Below, piece after piece: positions 40,833 through 50,007 of a stretch of 64,000 bases of DNA (position 1 is its first letter; the number at the start of each line of letters is the position of its first letter). Under the pieces are notes generated by a model. That model did not search any database. It was not told the DNA's origin and saw only the letters and a program-made list of their open reading frames with translations. The translations under genes and the position numbers were made by a program. The DNA lies in assembly GCF_047606765.1 (NCBI RefSeq), contig NZ_JASGED010000070.1, positions 2,095 through 66,094 on the forward strand, written 5' to 3'. The DNA is from Thermomonas sp. (GTDB lineage: Bacteria > Pseudomonadota > Gammaproteobacteria > Xanthomonadales > Xanthomonadaceae).

Positions 40833-42500
40833 ATGTTCCAGAGCTTCCGGCAGGCGATGGCATGGGTACACACCTGGTTCGGGCTGGTGCTTGGCTTCGT
40901 GCTGATGGCGGCGTTCTTCTTCGGCGCGCTGTCGGTATTCGACCGCGAGATCGATCGCTGGGCGATTCCGGAAAGCCGCTTCGCGCCGCAGCCCATGCCC
41001 TCGTTCGAGAAGGTGTTGCGGCCGGCGTTTGAACGCATGCAGCCAACGCCGCAGGCCATCGATGCGATGCGCCCGCGCGTGGATGGGCCGATGCCCGAAC
41101 GCTACGACACCGTGGCCGAATGGAGCGCCTACACCACGCATCGCGACCCGGTGCAGGAACTGTATGCCGGCTTCGACGTGCCCAAGGCGCGCGACCCGGA
41201 GGAGCTGATCTGGGCCGATGCCACCATCGATCCGCGCGATGGCTGGCTGCTGCCGCATGACCGGCTGAAGATCGGCAGCGGTTTCTTCTATCCGCTGCAC
41301 TACGGCCTGACCCTGGACTGGAAGAGCCTGGGCATCCGCATCGTCGGTTTCTCCGCACTCATCATGCTGGTCGCGCTGGTCAGCGGCGTGGTCATGCATC
41401 GCAAGCTGTTCCGCGAGTTCTTCACCTTCCGCCCCGGCAAGGCGCGCCTGCGCAGCGTGCTGGACCTGCACAACCTCACCGGCGTGGTGGCACTGCCATT
41501 CCACTTCTTCTTCGCCCTGACCGGCCTTCTGATCTTCGCCAGCACGTATTACTTCCCGCTTGGTGAAACCCAGTTGCACCGCCTGCACGAATTGCACGAA
41601 CAGGCAGAGGCACAGGAAACCGGCCTGCCGCACGAGCGCGCCGGCGTGCCTGCAGGGCTGGCCGATGTCGATGCGATGGTGGCCGCGGCGCAACGCCGCT
41701 GGCAGGCGCAGGGCAAGGCGGGCGAGGTCGGTTACCTCGGATTGACCCATGTGGGCGATGCCAACGGCTATGTCAGCGTCTATCGCGCCGGCACCGACCG
41801 CATCGCCTTGATTGGCGACGGCATCCACTTCAAGGCATCCACTGGCAAGCTGATCCGCGAAGACCCGCCGGCAACGCCGGTCGCGCGCATCAACGAGTTC
41901 CTCACCGGCCTGCACCTGCAGCATTTCCGCCACTGGCTGCTGCGCTGGCTGTACGTGCTGGGCGGGCTGGCGGGCGCGGTCTGCATCGCCACCGGCTTCA
42001 TCTTCTTTGTCGAAAAACGCAAGCGCCAGCATGCAAGGCAAGGCAGCCAGGGCGCGCGCGTGGTCGATGCGCTGGCGGTGACCACGATCACCGGCATGCT
42101 GCTGGCGACGCTGGGCATCCTGATTGCCAACAAGCTGCTGCCCGGTGACCTGCCCGCGCGCGGCGACTGGGAACGCTGTGCCTTCTGGGGAACGTGGTTG
42201 CTTGCGTTGCTGCATGCCGCATGGCGCAGCGCAGCGGTTGCACGCGGCCTGCCAAACCCGGCCTGGCGCGAGCAGTGCTGGGCAATCGCGGCATTGGCAT
42301 TGGCTGCCGTGCTGCTGAACTGGATCGTCACCGGCGACCATCTGCTGCGCACGCTCGGTGCGCATTACTGGCCGGTGGCCGGCTTCGACCTCGCGCTGCT
42401 GGCAACGGCCGCAACCGCCTGCTTCGCCGCGCGCAGGCTGCAACATCGCACCGTCATCGAGGATGACCCGATGATGGACGCGGAGACGACCCATGCCTGA
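40833..42500 (+). CDS. PepSY-associated TM helix protein (PiuB/FoxB-like)
   Basis: ATG at 40833 in ORF 40620..42500, preceded by GAGGAG. MFQSFRQAMAWVHTWFGLVLGFVLMAAFFFGALSVF and repeated HxxxG...LTGxxxxxxxxxxxLTG-type segments are typical of PepSY_TM proteins. Confidence 0.85.
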   Translation: MFQSFRQAMAWVHTWFGLVLGFVLMAAFFFGALSVFDREIDRWAIPESRFAPQPMPSFEKVLRPAFERMQPTPQAIDAMRPRVDGPMPERYDTVAEWSAYTTHRDPVQELYAGFDVPKARDPEELIWADATIDPRDGWLLPHDRLKIGSGFFYPLHYGLTLDWKSLGIRIVGFSALIMLVALVSGVVMHRKLFREFFTFRPGKARLRSVLDLHNLTGVVALPFHFFFALTGLLIFASTYYFPLGETQLHRLHELHEQAEAQETGLPHERAGVPAGLADVDAMVAAAQRRWQAQGKAGEVGYLGLTHVGDANGYVSVYRAGTDRIALIGDGIHFKASTGKLIREDPPATPVARINEFLTGLHLQHFRHWLLRWLYVLGGLAGAVCIATGFIFFVEKRKRQHARQGSQGARVVDALAVTTITGMLLATLGILIANKLLPGDLPARGDWERCAFWGTWLLALLHAAWRSAAVARGLPNPAWREQCWAIAALALAAVLLNWIVTGDHLLRTLGAHYWPVAGFDLALLATAATACFAARRLQHRTVIEDDPMMDAETTHA

Positions 42501-42834
42501 ACACACATCCGCTGGCTGGATGCTGCTGGCCGCGTTGCTTGCCAGCGTTGCCGGCATGGGCTGGTTGGCACTGTCGATGCCGGTGCATGCGGCGCAGGTC
42601 TGGGGCGCGCCACTTGCCAACGGTGCGCTGCGCCTGCTGCGCTGGTTCGGTATTGCCGGCGTGCTGGTGTCCCTGCGCCTGTGCCTGCATGCCAACCATG
42701 CCAGCATGGCCGTACTGGTCTGGGTGATGGCGCTGTCCGGCGCAGCCCTGCTGGTCGCGTTCCTGCTGGCCGCTCGCCCGCGCTGGCTGCGTCTGCTGGC
42801 ACCCTGGGCGCGGGAGCAGGCGCGCAACGCTTAA
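42493..42834 (+). CDS. DUF3325-like small membrane protein (iron-uptake cassette)
   Basis: 113 aa, hydrophobic. The start overlaps the PepSY gene stop by 8 nt. This is the typical partner of PepSY-TM proteins. Family is from recollection. Confidence 0.6.
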   Translation: MPEHTSAGWMLLAALLASVAGMGWLALSMPVHAAQVWGAPLANGALRLLRWFGIAGVLVSLRLCLHANHASMAVLVWVMALSGAALLVAFLLAARPRWLRLLAPWAREQARNA

Positions 42835-42843
42835 ACTGCCGGG

Positions 42844-44568
42844 ATGGCCCGCATCCCCGACGCCTTCATTGACGATCTGCTTGCGCGCACCGACATCGTG
42901 GAGGTGGTGGGCAGCCGCATCCCGCTGAAGCGGCAGGGCAAGGAACACGCGGCGCGCTGCCCGTTCCACGACGAGCGTTCGGCCAGCTTTACCGTCTCGC
43001 CAACCAAGCAGTTCTACCACTGCTTCGGCTGCGGCGCGCACGGCACCGCGATCAGCTTCCTGATGCATTACGACCGCCTCGAGTTTCTCGACGCGGTGGA
43101 CGAACTGGCCAAGCGCGTGGGCATGGAAGTGCCGCGCGATACCCAGCAGCGCAACGCCAATCCGGAAACGCGCGACCTCTACGGCGCGATGGAGGCGGCA
43201 TCCACCTTCTTCCGCAACCAGCTTGCACGCAGCGACAAGGCGCGTGCCTATGTTGAAACGCGCGGCATCGCGGCGGAGATCGTCGAACGCTACGCGATCG
43301 GCTATGCGCCGGATGGGTTTTCCGCACTGCGCGACGCGCTCGGCACCGACCCGCGCCGCATGCAGTTGCTGGAACGCGGCGGGCTGTTCTCGAAGAACGA
43401 CAAGGGCAACATCTACGACAAGTTCCGCGACCGGCTGATGTTCCCGATCCATGACCGACGCGGGCGCACGATTGCGTTTGGCGGGCGCGTGATCGATCCC
43501 GAGGATTCGCCGAAATACCTCAACTCGCCGGAAACCGCGCTGTTCCACAAGGGCCGCGAGCTGTACGGCCTGTGGCAGGCGAAACAGGCCAACGCGAAGC
43601 TGGAACGGCTGATCGTGGTCGAAGGCTACATGGACGTGGTGGCGCTGGCGCAGTACGGCGTTTCGCAGGCGGTGGCGACGCTGGGCACCGCGACCACGCC
43701 CGACCACGCCGAGCTGCTGTTCCGCAACGCGCCGGACGTGTATTTCTGTTTCGATGGCGACCGCGCCGGGCGCAGCGCGGCATGGAAGGCGTTGGAATCG
43801 GTATTGCCGCGCATGAAGGACGGGCGGCAGGCGTTCTTCCTGTTTTTGCCCGATGGCGAAGACCCGGATTCGCTGGTGCGTCAGGAAGGTGTCGATGGCT
43901 TCGACGCACGCTTGCGCGCGGCCACGCCGCTGTCGGCGTTTTTCTACACATCACTGTCTGCCGACGTGAACCTGTCCAGCCTGGACGGCAAGGCGCGGCT
44001 GGCCGAACGCTGCAAGCCGCTGCTGGCGCAGATTCCCGATGGCGCCTTCGGCGACCTGATGCGCCAGCGCCTGACCGAACTCACCGGCGTCGGCGCGCGC
44101 ACAAGTACACCACAGACGCATGTGCCCGTGCTGCGCGCGTCACGCAACAGCCCTGCGCAGAAACCCAGCCTGGTGCGCGGCGCGATCACACACTTGCTGC
44201 ATCGCCCCGGCTTCGCACTCGACCTGCAGCCGCCCTATCGCTTTGCCGCGCTGCGCCAACCCGGCATTGATCTGTTGTCGGAACTGGTGTTGCTGGTGCG
44301 CGAGCGCCCGGACATCACCACCGGCGCGCTGCTGGAACATTTCCAAGGGCGCGAGGAACTGGCCGCGCTGCAGAAACTTGCCACGCAGGAACTGCCCGGT
44401 GAGCAAGCCGACCTGCGCACCGAGTTCCTCGATGCCATCGCGCAACTGGAAAAGCAGGTGCTGCAGCAGCGCATCGAGGAGTTGCAACAACAGCAGCGCG
44501 ACGGTGGTCTGGGTGATGTGGAAAAGCAGGAACTGCGCGAATTGCTGCAGGCGCGGATGCAGCGCTGA
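42844..44568 (+). CDS. dnaG: DNA primase
   Basis: 574 aa. Zn finger CPFHDERSASFTVSPTKQFYHCFGCGAHG, Toprim EGYMDVVAL...DGDRAG. Confidence 0.97.
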   Translation: MARIPDAFIDDLLARTDIVEVVGSRIPLKRQGKEHAARCPFHDERSASFTVSPTKQFYHCFGCGAHGTAISFLMHYDRLEFLDAVDELAKRVGMEVPRDTQQRNANPETRDLYGAMEAASTFFRNQLARSDKARAYVETRGIAAEIVERYAIGYAPDGFSALRDALGTDPRRMQLLERGGLFSKNDKGNIYDKFRDRLMFPIHDRRGRTIAFGGRVIDPEDSPKYLNSPETALFHKGRELYGLWQAKQANAKLERLIVVEGYMDVVALAQYGVSQAVATLGTATTPDHAELLFRNAPDVYFCFDGDRAGRSAAWKALESVLPRMKDGRQAFFLFLPDGEDPDSLVRQEGVDGFDARLRAATPLSAFFYTSLSADVNLSSLDGKARLAERCKPLLAQIPDGAFGDLMRQRLTELTGVGARTSTPQTHVPVLRASRNSPAQKPSLVRGAITHLLHRPGFALDLQPPYRFAALRQPGIDLLSELVLLVRERPDITTGALLEHFQGREELAALQKLATQELPGEQADLRTEFLDAIAQLEKQVLQQRIEELQQQQRDGGLGDVEKQELRELLQARMQR

Positions 44569-44577
44569 CCGGCGCGA

Positions 44578-45879
44578 TCAGGTACACAGTTCAAGCAGCC
44601 GCTCGATGTCATCCATCTGGTTGTGGAACGATGGCGAGATGCGGATGCGGTCCTGATACAAGGTGGCTTCCATGCCTGCCGCTGTGAAGCGTTCCTGCAA
44701 TCGCTTGCCCACGCCGCGCGCGGCGAAGGTGACGATGGGTGAACGCGAATCCGCTGGCGTCATCGGCAGGTAGCCCAGCGCCGGCATCGCCTGTTGCAGG
44801 CGCGCCAGCAACGGCTGCCGCCACGCGCTGATGCGTTCCACACCCAGTTCCAGCAGCAACTCCAGCGATGCCCGCAACATCGCAACGCCGGCATAGCCCA
44901 GCGTGCCCACTTCGATGCGGCCCGGCGTGTCACTGCGCGCCACGCTCTCGAACGGCGCGCTGCCGGGTGGATCGAACGGGTACAGATGGGTGGTGAAAGA
45001 CTGTTCCTGTCGGTACCCCCACTGCGAGCGCCGCAACGCCGGCAGGCTGCTGGCACGCACGTACATCAGGCCGATGCCGAAATCGCCCATCAGCCATTTG
45101 TAGGTCGAGCACGCTGCAAAATCGACGCCGCAAGCATGCAAATCGACCGGCACGGTGCCGGCCGCCTGGATGATGTCCGCATAGACCAGCGCACCGCGCG
45201 CATGCGCCACGTCGCACAGCGCCTTCAGGTCGTGCTCGAAGCCGTTGAGGCTGGAGACCTGCGAGACCGCGACCAGCCGCGTGCCGGGCGTGATCGCGCG
45301 CGCCATGTCCTCGATGTGGATGCGGTTGTCGCGTGGGCGCACGACGTGCAGATCCAGCCCTTGCTTGGCAAGCTCGCTGTACATGAACAGCGAGCCGCTG
45401 AAGTGGTAGGCATCGGTCACCACCCGTGCGCGCGTTCCCGGCAGGCCCAGCCCCGACACCACATGGTTCTCGCCGACCATCGTGCTGGGCACCCAGGCCA
45501 GTTCGGCGACGTCGGCATTCACCAGCCGCGCGAACAGCCGCATCGCCTGCTCGCGTTCGGCCATGAGATCCACCGACCGGCCATCCCGGTTCATCAGACG
45601 GCCATCGAGGTAATGGCGCAGGCTGCTTGCAGCCCCGCGCGCCACCGGATGCGTGTAGGCACCATTCAGATGCGTGCCTGCGTATTCGAAGCGCGCACGC
45701 GCGCCATCCAGCCCGCCGTGCCGCAATGCCGCACGCACCGGCGATGGCGTGCGTGCCTGCGCCGGCAGCGCCGGCAACACCGCCAGCGCGGGCAGTGCGC
45801 CAAGGCCGCGCAGCCAGCGTCGGCGTGCCGGATCGATGGCATCGTCGCGGTGCGGCAACTGCGTTGCGTCCGTCGTCAT
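44578..45879 (-). CDS. Class V aminotransferase-fold PLP-dependent enzyme with twin-arginine signal
   Basis: ORF 44578..45933(-). ATG at 45879 overlaps the upstream stop (ATGA). N-terminus DPARRRWLRGLGALPALAVLPALPAQA is Tat-like. CSTYKWLMG is a candidate PLP-lysine motif. Confidence 0.8.
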   Translation of the reverse strand: MTTDATQLPHRDDAIDPARRRWLRGLGALPALAVLPALPAQARTPSPVRAALRHGGLDGARARFEYAGTHLNGAYTHPVARGAASSLRHYLDGRLMNRDGRSVDLMAEREQAMRLFARLVNADVAELAWVPSTMVGENHVVSGLGLPGTRARVVTDAYHFSGSLFMYSELAKQGLDLHVVRPRDNRIHIEDMARAITPGTRLVAVSQVSSLNGFEHDLKALCDVAHARGALVYADIIQAAGTVPVDLHACGVDFAACSTYKWLMGDFGIGLMYVRASSLPALRRSQWGYRQEQSFTTHLYPFDPPGSAPFESVARSDTPGRIEVGTLGYAGVAMLRASLELLLELGVERISAWRQPLLARLQQAMPALGYLPMTPADSRSPIVTFAARGVGKRLQERFTAAGMEATLYQDRIRISPSFHNQMDDIERLLELCT

Positions 45880-47591
45880 GGGGCGTGCCCTGCATGGCAG
45901 GCGGCGTTGCCGGGCGCGTCGGCCAGCACCCACTGATAGCCGGGGAATGGCGCGCCAGCGGGGACGAACGACACCTCGAACCTGCGGCCTTCGCGTTCAA
46001 CGTGCAGCACGATGGCGTCACCGGGCCGCGACTGCTGGGCATCCAGCCCCACCGAGCGCGTCACCGCATCGCCATTGCGCAGGCCGGCGCGTGCTGCCGG
46101 GGAATCGGCCACCAGCCCGCGGATCACGCGCGGCACCTGCATCAGGCTGGCGATGTCAAAGCCCAGTTCGAACAGCGGCATCGCCACCTGTTCACGGCGA
46201 AAGCACGGGCCGAAGGCGTCTTCGGGCAGCACCAGCAGGCCACCGTCGCGCAAGGCGGCGTAGTCCGCATGCGCCTGCGGGCCGATGTCGCGCTCCAGCA
46301 TCGCCAGCCATGCCGCCACGTCCACGGCCTGTCCGGCCCGGCGACGCGCGAGGAACGCGCGGATCGCATCGTCCAGCGAACGCCTGCCGCCACTTGCCGC
46401 CTGCAAGCGCGCATTGACCAGCAGGAAATACACGCCGCCGCGCGAATAGGGCTGCATGCGCGCGCGCGCGTCAGTCCAGAACGCGGCTTCGGCCTGTGCC
46501 ATCGGCATGTCCTTGCGCACGTTGCTGTAGTAGGTGCGCAGGGTGTCGTTGATGCCGTCGATGTAGCGCTGACGCGAGAACAGCCCCAGCCGGTACGGCG
46601 CGCGCACTTCATAGGCCACGGCTAGGCCTTCCTGGAACCAGCTCTGTTCCTCCAGCCCGTCCAGGAACACATGCACCATTTCGTGTACCAGCAACTGCTC
46701 AAGCTCATCGCGCGGCAGGTCTGGTGCCATCGTGCTCATCAATGCACCCGGCATGGCCGTACCGCTCATCGCGGTGAGCGGGTTGGTGCGGAACAAGGTG
46801 GTGAACGGCGGCAATTCGGCTTCGCCGAAGAAACCGCTCAGCTTGCGGTAGGCCTGCTGCGACCACGCCAGCAGATCGTCCTGGCTGTAACCCGGGGTAT
46901 CGGCGGTGGATGCCGCGCGGAACGGGCCGCTGGCCGTGGCCAAGCGGGCCGGAAGGGCATGCAGGTCGCCGGCCATCAGATAGGCGTTGCGCAGCGCATC
47001 CAGCAGCACCGGCTGGCCACCATTGCGCGCCGCTGCAGGCAGGCTGTCCAGCGCCTGCGCGCCCTGCGGATAGGCGGACAGATCCCATTCGACGACGATG
47101 CGGTACGCGCGCGGGTCGTCGGGCAGCAACAGGAAGGTGCGGCCTGCGCCGCTGATGCCGCGTGGCTCCGAGCGCAGTTCCCAGATCGGGCCGGGCACGC
47201 TTTCGGTGGACACGGCAACCCGGTAATCCAGCACAACCTCGCCACGGGTGGCGCGTGCGGGCAGCCAGCGGCGAGTACGGCTTCCCAGCATGCCATCCGC
47301 CGCGCCGTCCTCGATCCGCCACGCAAGCGCGCCAGCGGCATCGCGCAGGCGCACGTCGCTGACGCGGTCTGCGATGCCTTGCAACGGCCCCAGCGAAACC
47401 GGCAGCCCCAGCGCGCGCACGCCGCGCGTGCCCGGCGTGATGCTCATGCGCACCTGCATGCCGGGCGCCGGCGTGCCGGCCAGTGGCGTCAGCCGCAGAC
47501 GCAGCACCGGCACGTCGCCTGCCATCGCCTGCGACATCGACAGCCACATGCAAAGCGCAGCCAGCAGGCGGCGCAATCCGGTCATGTGCAT
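45876..47591 (-). CDS. M61-like zinc metallopeptidase with C-terminal PDZ domain (secreted)
   Basis: 571 aa. Signal MHMTGLRRLLAALCMWLSMSQAMA, HEMVHVF...WFQEGLAVAYE (HExxH plus downstream E), C-terminal PDZ-like IRGLVADSPAARAGLRNGDAV. Confidence 0.75.
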   Translation of the reverse strand: MHMTGLRRLLAALCMWLSMSQAMAGDVPVLRLRLTPLAGTPAPGMQVRMSITPGTRGVRALGLPVSLGPLQGIADRVSDVRLRDAAGALAWRIEDGAADGMLGSRTRRWLPARATRGEVVLDYRVAVSTESVPGPIWELRSEPRGISGAGRTFLLLPDDPRAYRIVVEWDLSAYPQGAQALDSLPAAARNGGQPVLLDALRNAYLMAGDLHALPARLATASGPFRAASTADTPGYSQDDLLAWSQQAYRKLSGFFGEAELPPFTTLFRTNPLTAMSGTAMPGALMSTMAPDLPRDELEQLLVHEMVHVFLDGLEEQSWFQEGLAVAYEVRAPYRLGLFSRQRYIDGINDTLRTYYSNVRKDMPMAQAEAAFWTDARARMQPYSRGGVYFLLVNARLQAASGGRRSLDDAIRAFLARRRAGQAVDVAAWLAMLERDIGPQAHADYAALRDGGLLVLPEDAFGPCFRREQVAMPLFELGFDIASLMQVPRVIRGLVADSPAARAGLRNGDAVTRSVGLDAQQSRPGDAIVLHVEREGRRFEVSFVPAGAPFPGYQWVLADAPGNAACHAGHAP

Positions 47592-47655
47592 GGGTTCTCC
47601 CTGTCCTGCACAACACGACCGGGCCGGCGGCGATGCCGGCCCGGAATCGGCAGCG

Positions 47656-49878
47656 TCAGAAGTTCCAGCTTACCGAAACGCCCACGGTGCGCGGGCGGAT
47701 CACGGTGACACCATATTCGCCGCCGCTGCGCGAGATCGCGGTCAGGAAGCTGTAGGCATCGGTGGCGTTGCGCAGGTAGGCGGTGACGTTCCACTGGTCG
47801 CCTTCGATGCCGGCGCGCAGGTCGGCGGTGGTGTAGGCCGGCATGTCGAAGCGTGCAACGGCGGCGCTGCTGCTGAAGCCGGACAGGCGACTGCCGACAT
47901 GGGTCAGGCTGCCGCCGACGAAGGCGTACAGCGACCCCACCGGCACCGAGTAGTCGGCGGTCAGGCTGCCGCTGAAGCGCGGCGAATACGGCAGCCGGTC
48001 ACCGGCCTTGCCCACCGTGCCGGCAGGCAGGTCCTGCTCCAGTTTCGCATCCGAGTAGGCACCATTCAGGCCAAGCCGCAGTTTGTCGGTGACGCGCCAT
48101 TGCGCCGTCCACTCCAGCCCCGTGCTGGAGGCCTTGCCGCCATTGGTGTAATAGGTTTGCTCCGAAGCCGCATCGAGGATGCTGAGCTGGATGTCGGTCC
48201 AGTCGATGTAATAGGCCGCCACTTCCACCGTCACCCGTCCGTCGGCGCTGCTGGCCTTGTAGCCGGCCTCGTAGCTGACCAGATTGTCGGAGTCGTAGCT
48301 CTCCTGATACGTGGTGCCCGGCATCGGGTTGTTGTGGCCACCTGCCCGGTAGCCCGATGCGACGCGCCCGTAGAACATGCTGTTTTCGCCCAGCTTGAAG
48401 CGCGGCGAAATCAGGAAGGTGAATTTCTTCTCGCTTGCGTCGGGATCCACCTCGGTTGATGCGCCGCCGTTCATCGGCCCGTCGTAATCGGTGAAGGACG
48501 ACTGGCCGATCACGCTGTAGCGCCCGCCAAGCTGCAGGTCGAAACGCGGGCTGAAGTGGTAGTCGATGTCGCCATAGACCGCCCTTTCGTTGAAATTGGA
48601 CGGCGCGGTTGCGGTGTAGGCCGGCGGGAAGCCGAGATCGACGCCGGTGACGGCATCGACCGCGCGCAGCGCCTGGTAGCCCTCGGTCTGCTCGCGCGTC
48701 CAGTAGCCGCCAAGCTGCCAATCCAGCGTGCGCGCGCCCTGCGAGGAAAACCGGAACTCCTGCGACCACTTTTCGGTGCCGCGGCGGTTGTCGATGATGA
48801 CGCCGGGGCGCGGGCTGATGCCGTAGATCATGCCCAGCAGGCCACCGAAGATGTTGCTCACGTCCTGCGGGCCGTCATGCTCGTACTCGCCGAAAGCGGT
48901 GATCGAGTCGAACGCCATGCTGCCAAGATCGGCGTTGACCTTGAGGTTGTACAGGCGCACCTTGCCGTCGTAGATGTCGGTCATGCCCAGCCGGCGGCGG
49001 GTGTACTTGCCATACACCGGATCGCCGTTGAGATACACGCCAACGGCAGGCGTGCCCTGGCTTTCGGCATCCTGCGCCAACGCGCCCAGGTCGATGGTGA
49101 TGTTCTCCGCAGGCAGCCAGCGGGCGGCGACGCGCGCGCCTTTCACGCGGCCCTCGTTGACTTCCTCCTTGTCCTGCTGCTGGTCATAGATGTAGCCGGC
49201 ATCGGTGCGGTCGAACGCGCTCACGCGCAATGCGAAGGACTCGCCCGCCGGGACATTGATCGCGGCGCGCACGCCGTGGCCGATGCCGCCATGCGCGGTG
49301 CTGGACACGTCCGCCTGCACCCGGCCACTGAAGCCGGCCTGCGGGTCTGGCTGCACGGTCACGTATTTCAGCAGGCCACCCAGGCTGCTGGCACCGTACA
49401 GCGTGCCCTGCGGCCCGCGCAGGGCTTCGATCGCGGTCAGTTCGGACGGGTCGAGGTCAGGCGCCTGGATGTCGGTGGTGGACGAACCAAACGGCACGTC
49501 ATCGATCACCACGCCCACCGTCGGGCTCTGCTCGGTGGCAGTGGCGATGCCGCGCATCACCAACTGGGTGCGGCCGGAGCCACGCGCGTTCAGGCTCAGG
49601 CCGGGCACCTGCGCGAAGTAATCGGTCAGCTGCACCGCGCCCTGGTCGGCCATCTGCCGCGCATCCACCACGCTGACCGACATCGCCACGTCCTGCAGGC
49701 GCTCCACGCGCTTCTGCGCGGTCACCGTGATGGCGTCCAGCTCGGTGGGTTGGTGCGGCGGTGTGTCCTTGGCTTCCTGCGCACTGGCGGCGACACAGGC
49801 GGACGACAGTGCCACGGCGATCGCGGCTGCGATCAGGTTGCGGGTGCAGGGCTTGCGATGGTGGGGGCGGATCGACAT
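47656..49878 (-). CDS. TonB-dependent receptor
   Basis: ORF 47656..49959(-). ATG at 49878 preceded by AAGGA. Signal peptide, TonB box ELDAITVTA, plug (LQDVAMSVSVVD...VPGLSL...VMRGI), barrel ending VSVSWNF. Confidence 0.9.
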   Translation of the reverse strand: MSIRPHHRKPCTRNLIAAAIAVALSSACVAASAQEAKDTPPHQPTELDAITVTAQKRVERLQDVAMSVSVVDARQMADQGAVQLTDYFAQVPGLSLNARGSGRTQLVMRGIATATEQSPTVGVVIDDVPFGSSTTDIQAPDLDPSELTAIEALRGPQGTLYGASSLGGLLKYVTVQPDPQAGFSGRVQADVSSTAHGGIGHGVRAAINVPAGESFALRVSAFDRTDAGYIYDQQQDKEEVNEGRVKGARVAARWLPAENITIDLGALAQDAESQGTPAVGVYLNGDPVYGKYTRRRLGMTDIYDGKVRLYNLKVNADLGSMAFDSITAFGEYEHDGPQDVSNIFGGLLGMIYGISPRPGVIIDNRRGTEKWSQEFRFSSQGARTLDWQLGGYWTREQTEGYQALRAVDAVTGVDLGFPPAYTATAPSNFNERAVYGDIDYHFSPRFDLQLGGRYSVIGQSSFTDYDGPMNGGASTEVDPDASEKKFTFLISPRFKLGENSMFYGRVASGYRAGGHNNPMPGTTYQESYDSDNLVSYEAGYKASSADGRVTVEVAAYYIDWTDIQLSILDAASEQTYYTNGGKASSTGLEWTAQWRVTDKLRLGLNGAYSDAKLEQDLPAGTVGKAGDRLPYSPRFSGSLTADYSVPVGSLYAFVGGSLTHVGSRLSGFSSSAAVARFDMPAYTTADLRAGIEGDQWNVTAYLRNATDAYSFLTAISRSGGEYGVTVIRPRTVGVSVSWNF

Positions 49879-50007
49879 GGCGATTCCTTGTGCGAAGGTT
49901 GGAATCACCTTATCCGCGAGCCGCCGCAATGGGTGCGCATCCTTGGCGGCAACAGCCACGTCCCGTGCAAAAAATTACCCGATTTCACGCATGCATGCAC
50001 AAAATCA

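Noticed and set aside
38285-42834. The iron-uptake cassette as a recently acquired genomic island
   Set aside because: I see no obvious compositional break, flanking direct repeats, tRNA or mobility genes. The insertion hypothesis is kept only as a synteny question in the findings.
38114-43707. The long minus-strand ORFs 38114..39223, 39251..40093, 40590..42827 and 42454..43707
   Set aside because: They are antisense to the TonB receptor, the PepSY protein and dnaG, all of which have clear family signatures on the plus strand.
49988-50000. The alternating palindrome GCATGCATGC between ridA and the second TonB receptor, considered as an operator
   Set aside because: It is a short, low-information palindrome occurring once. 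There is no second half-site and no conservation evidence available.
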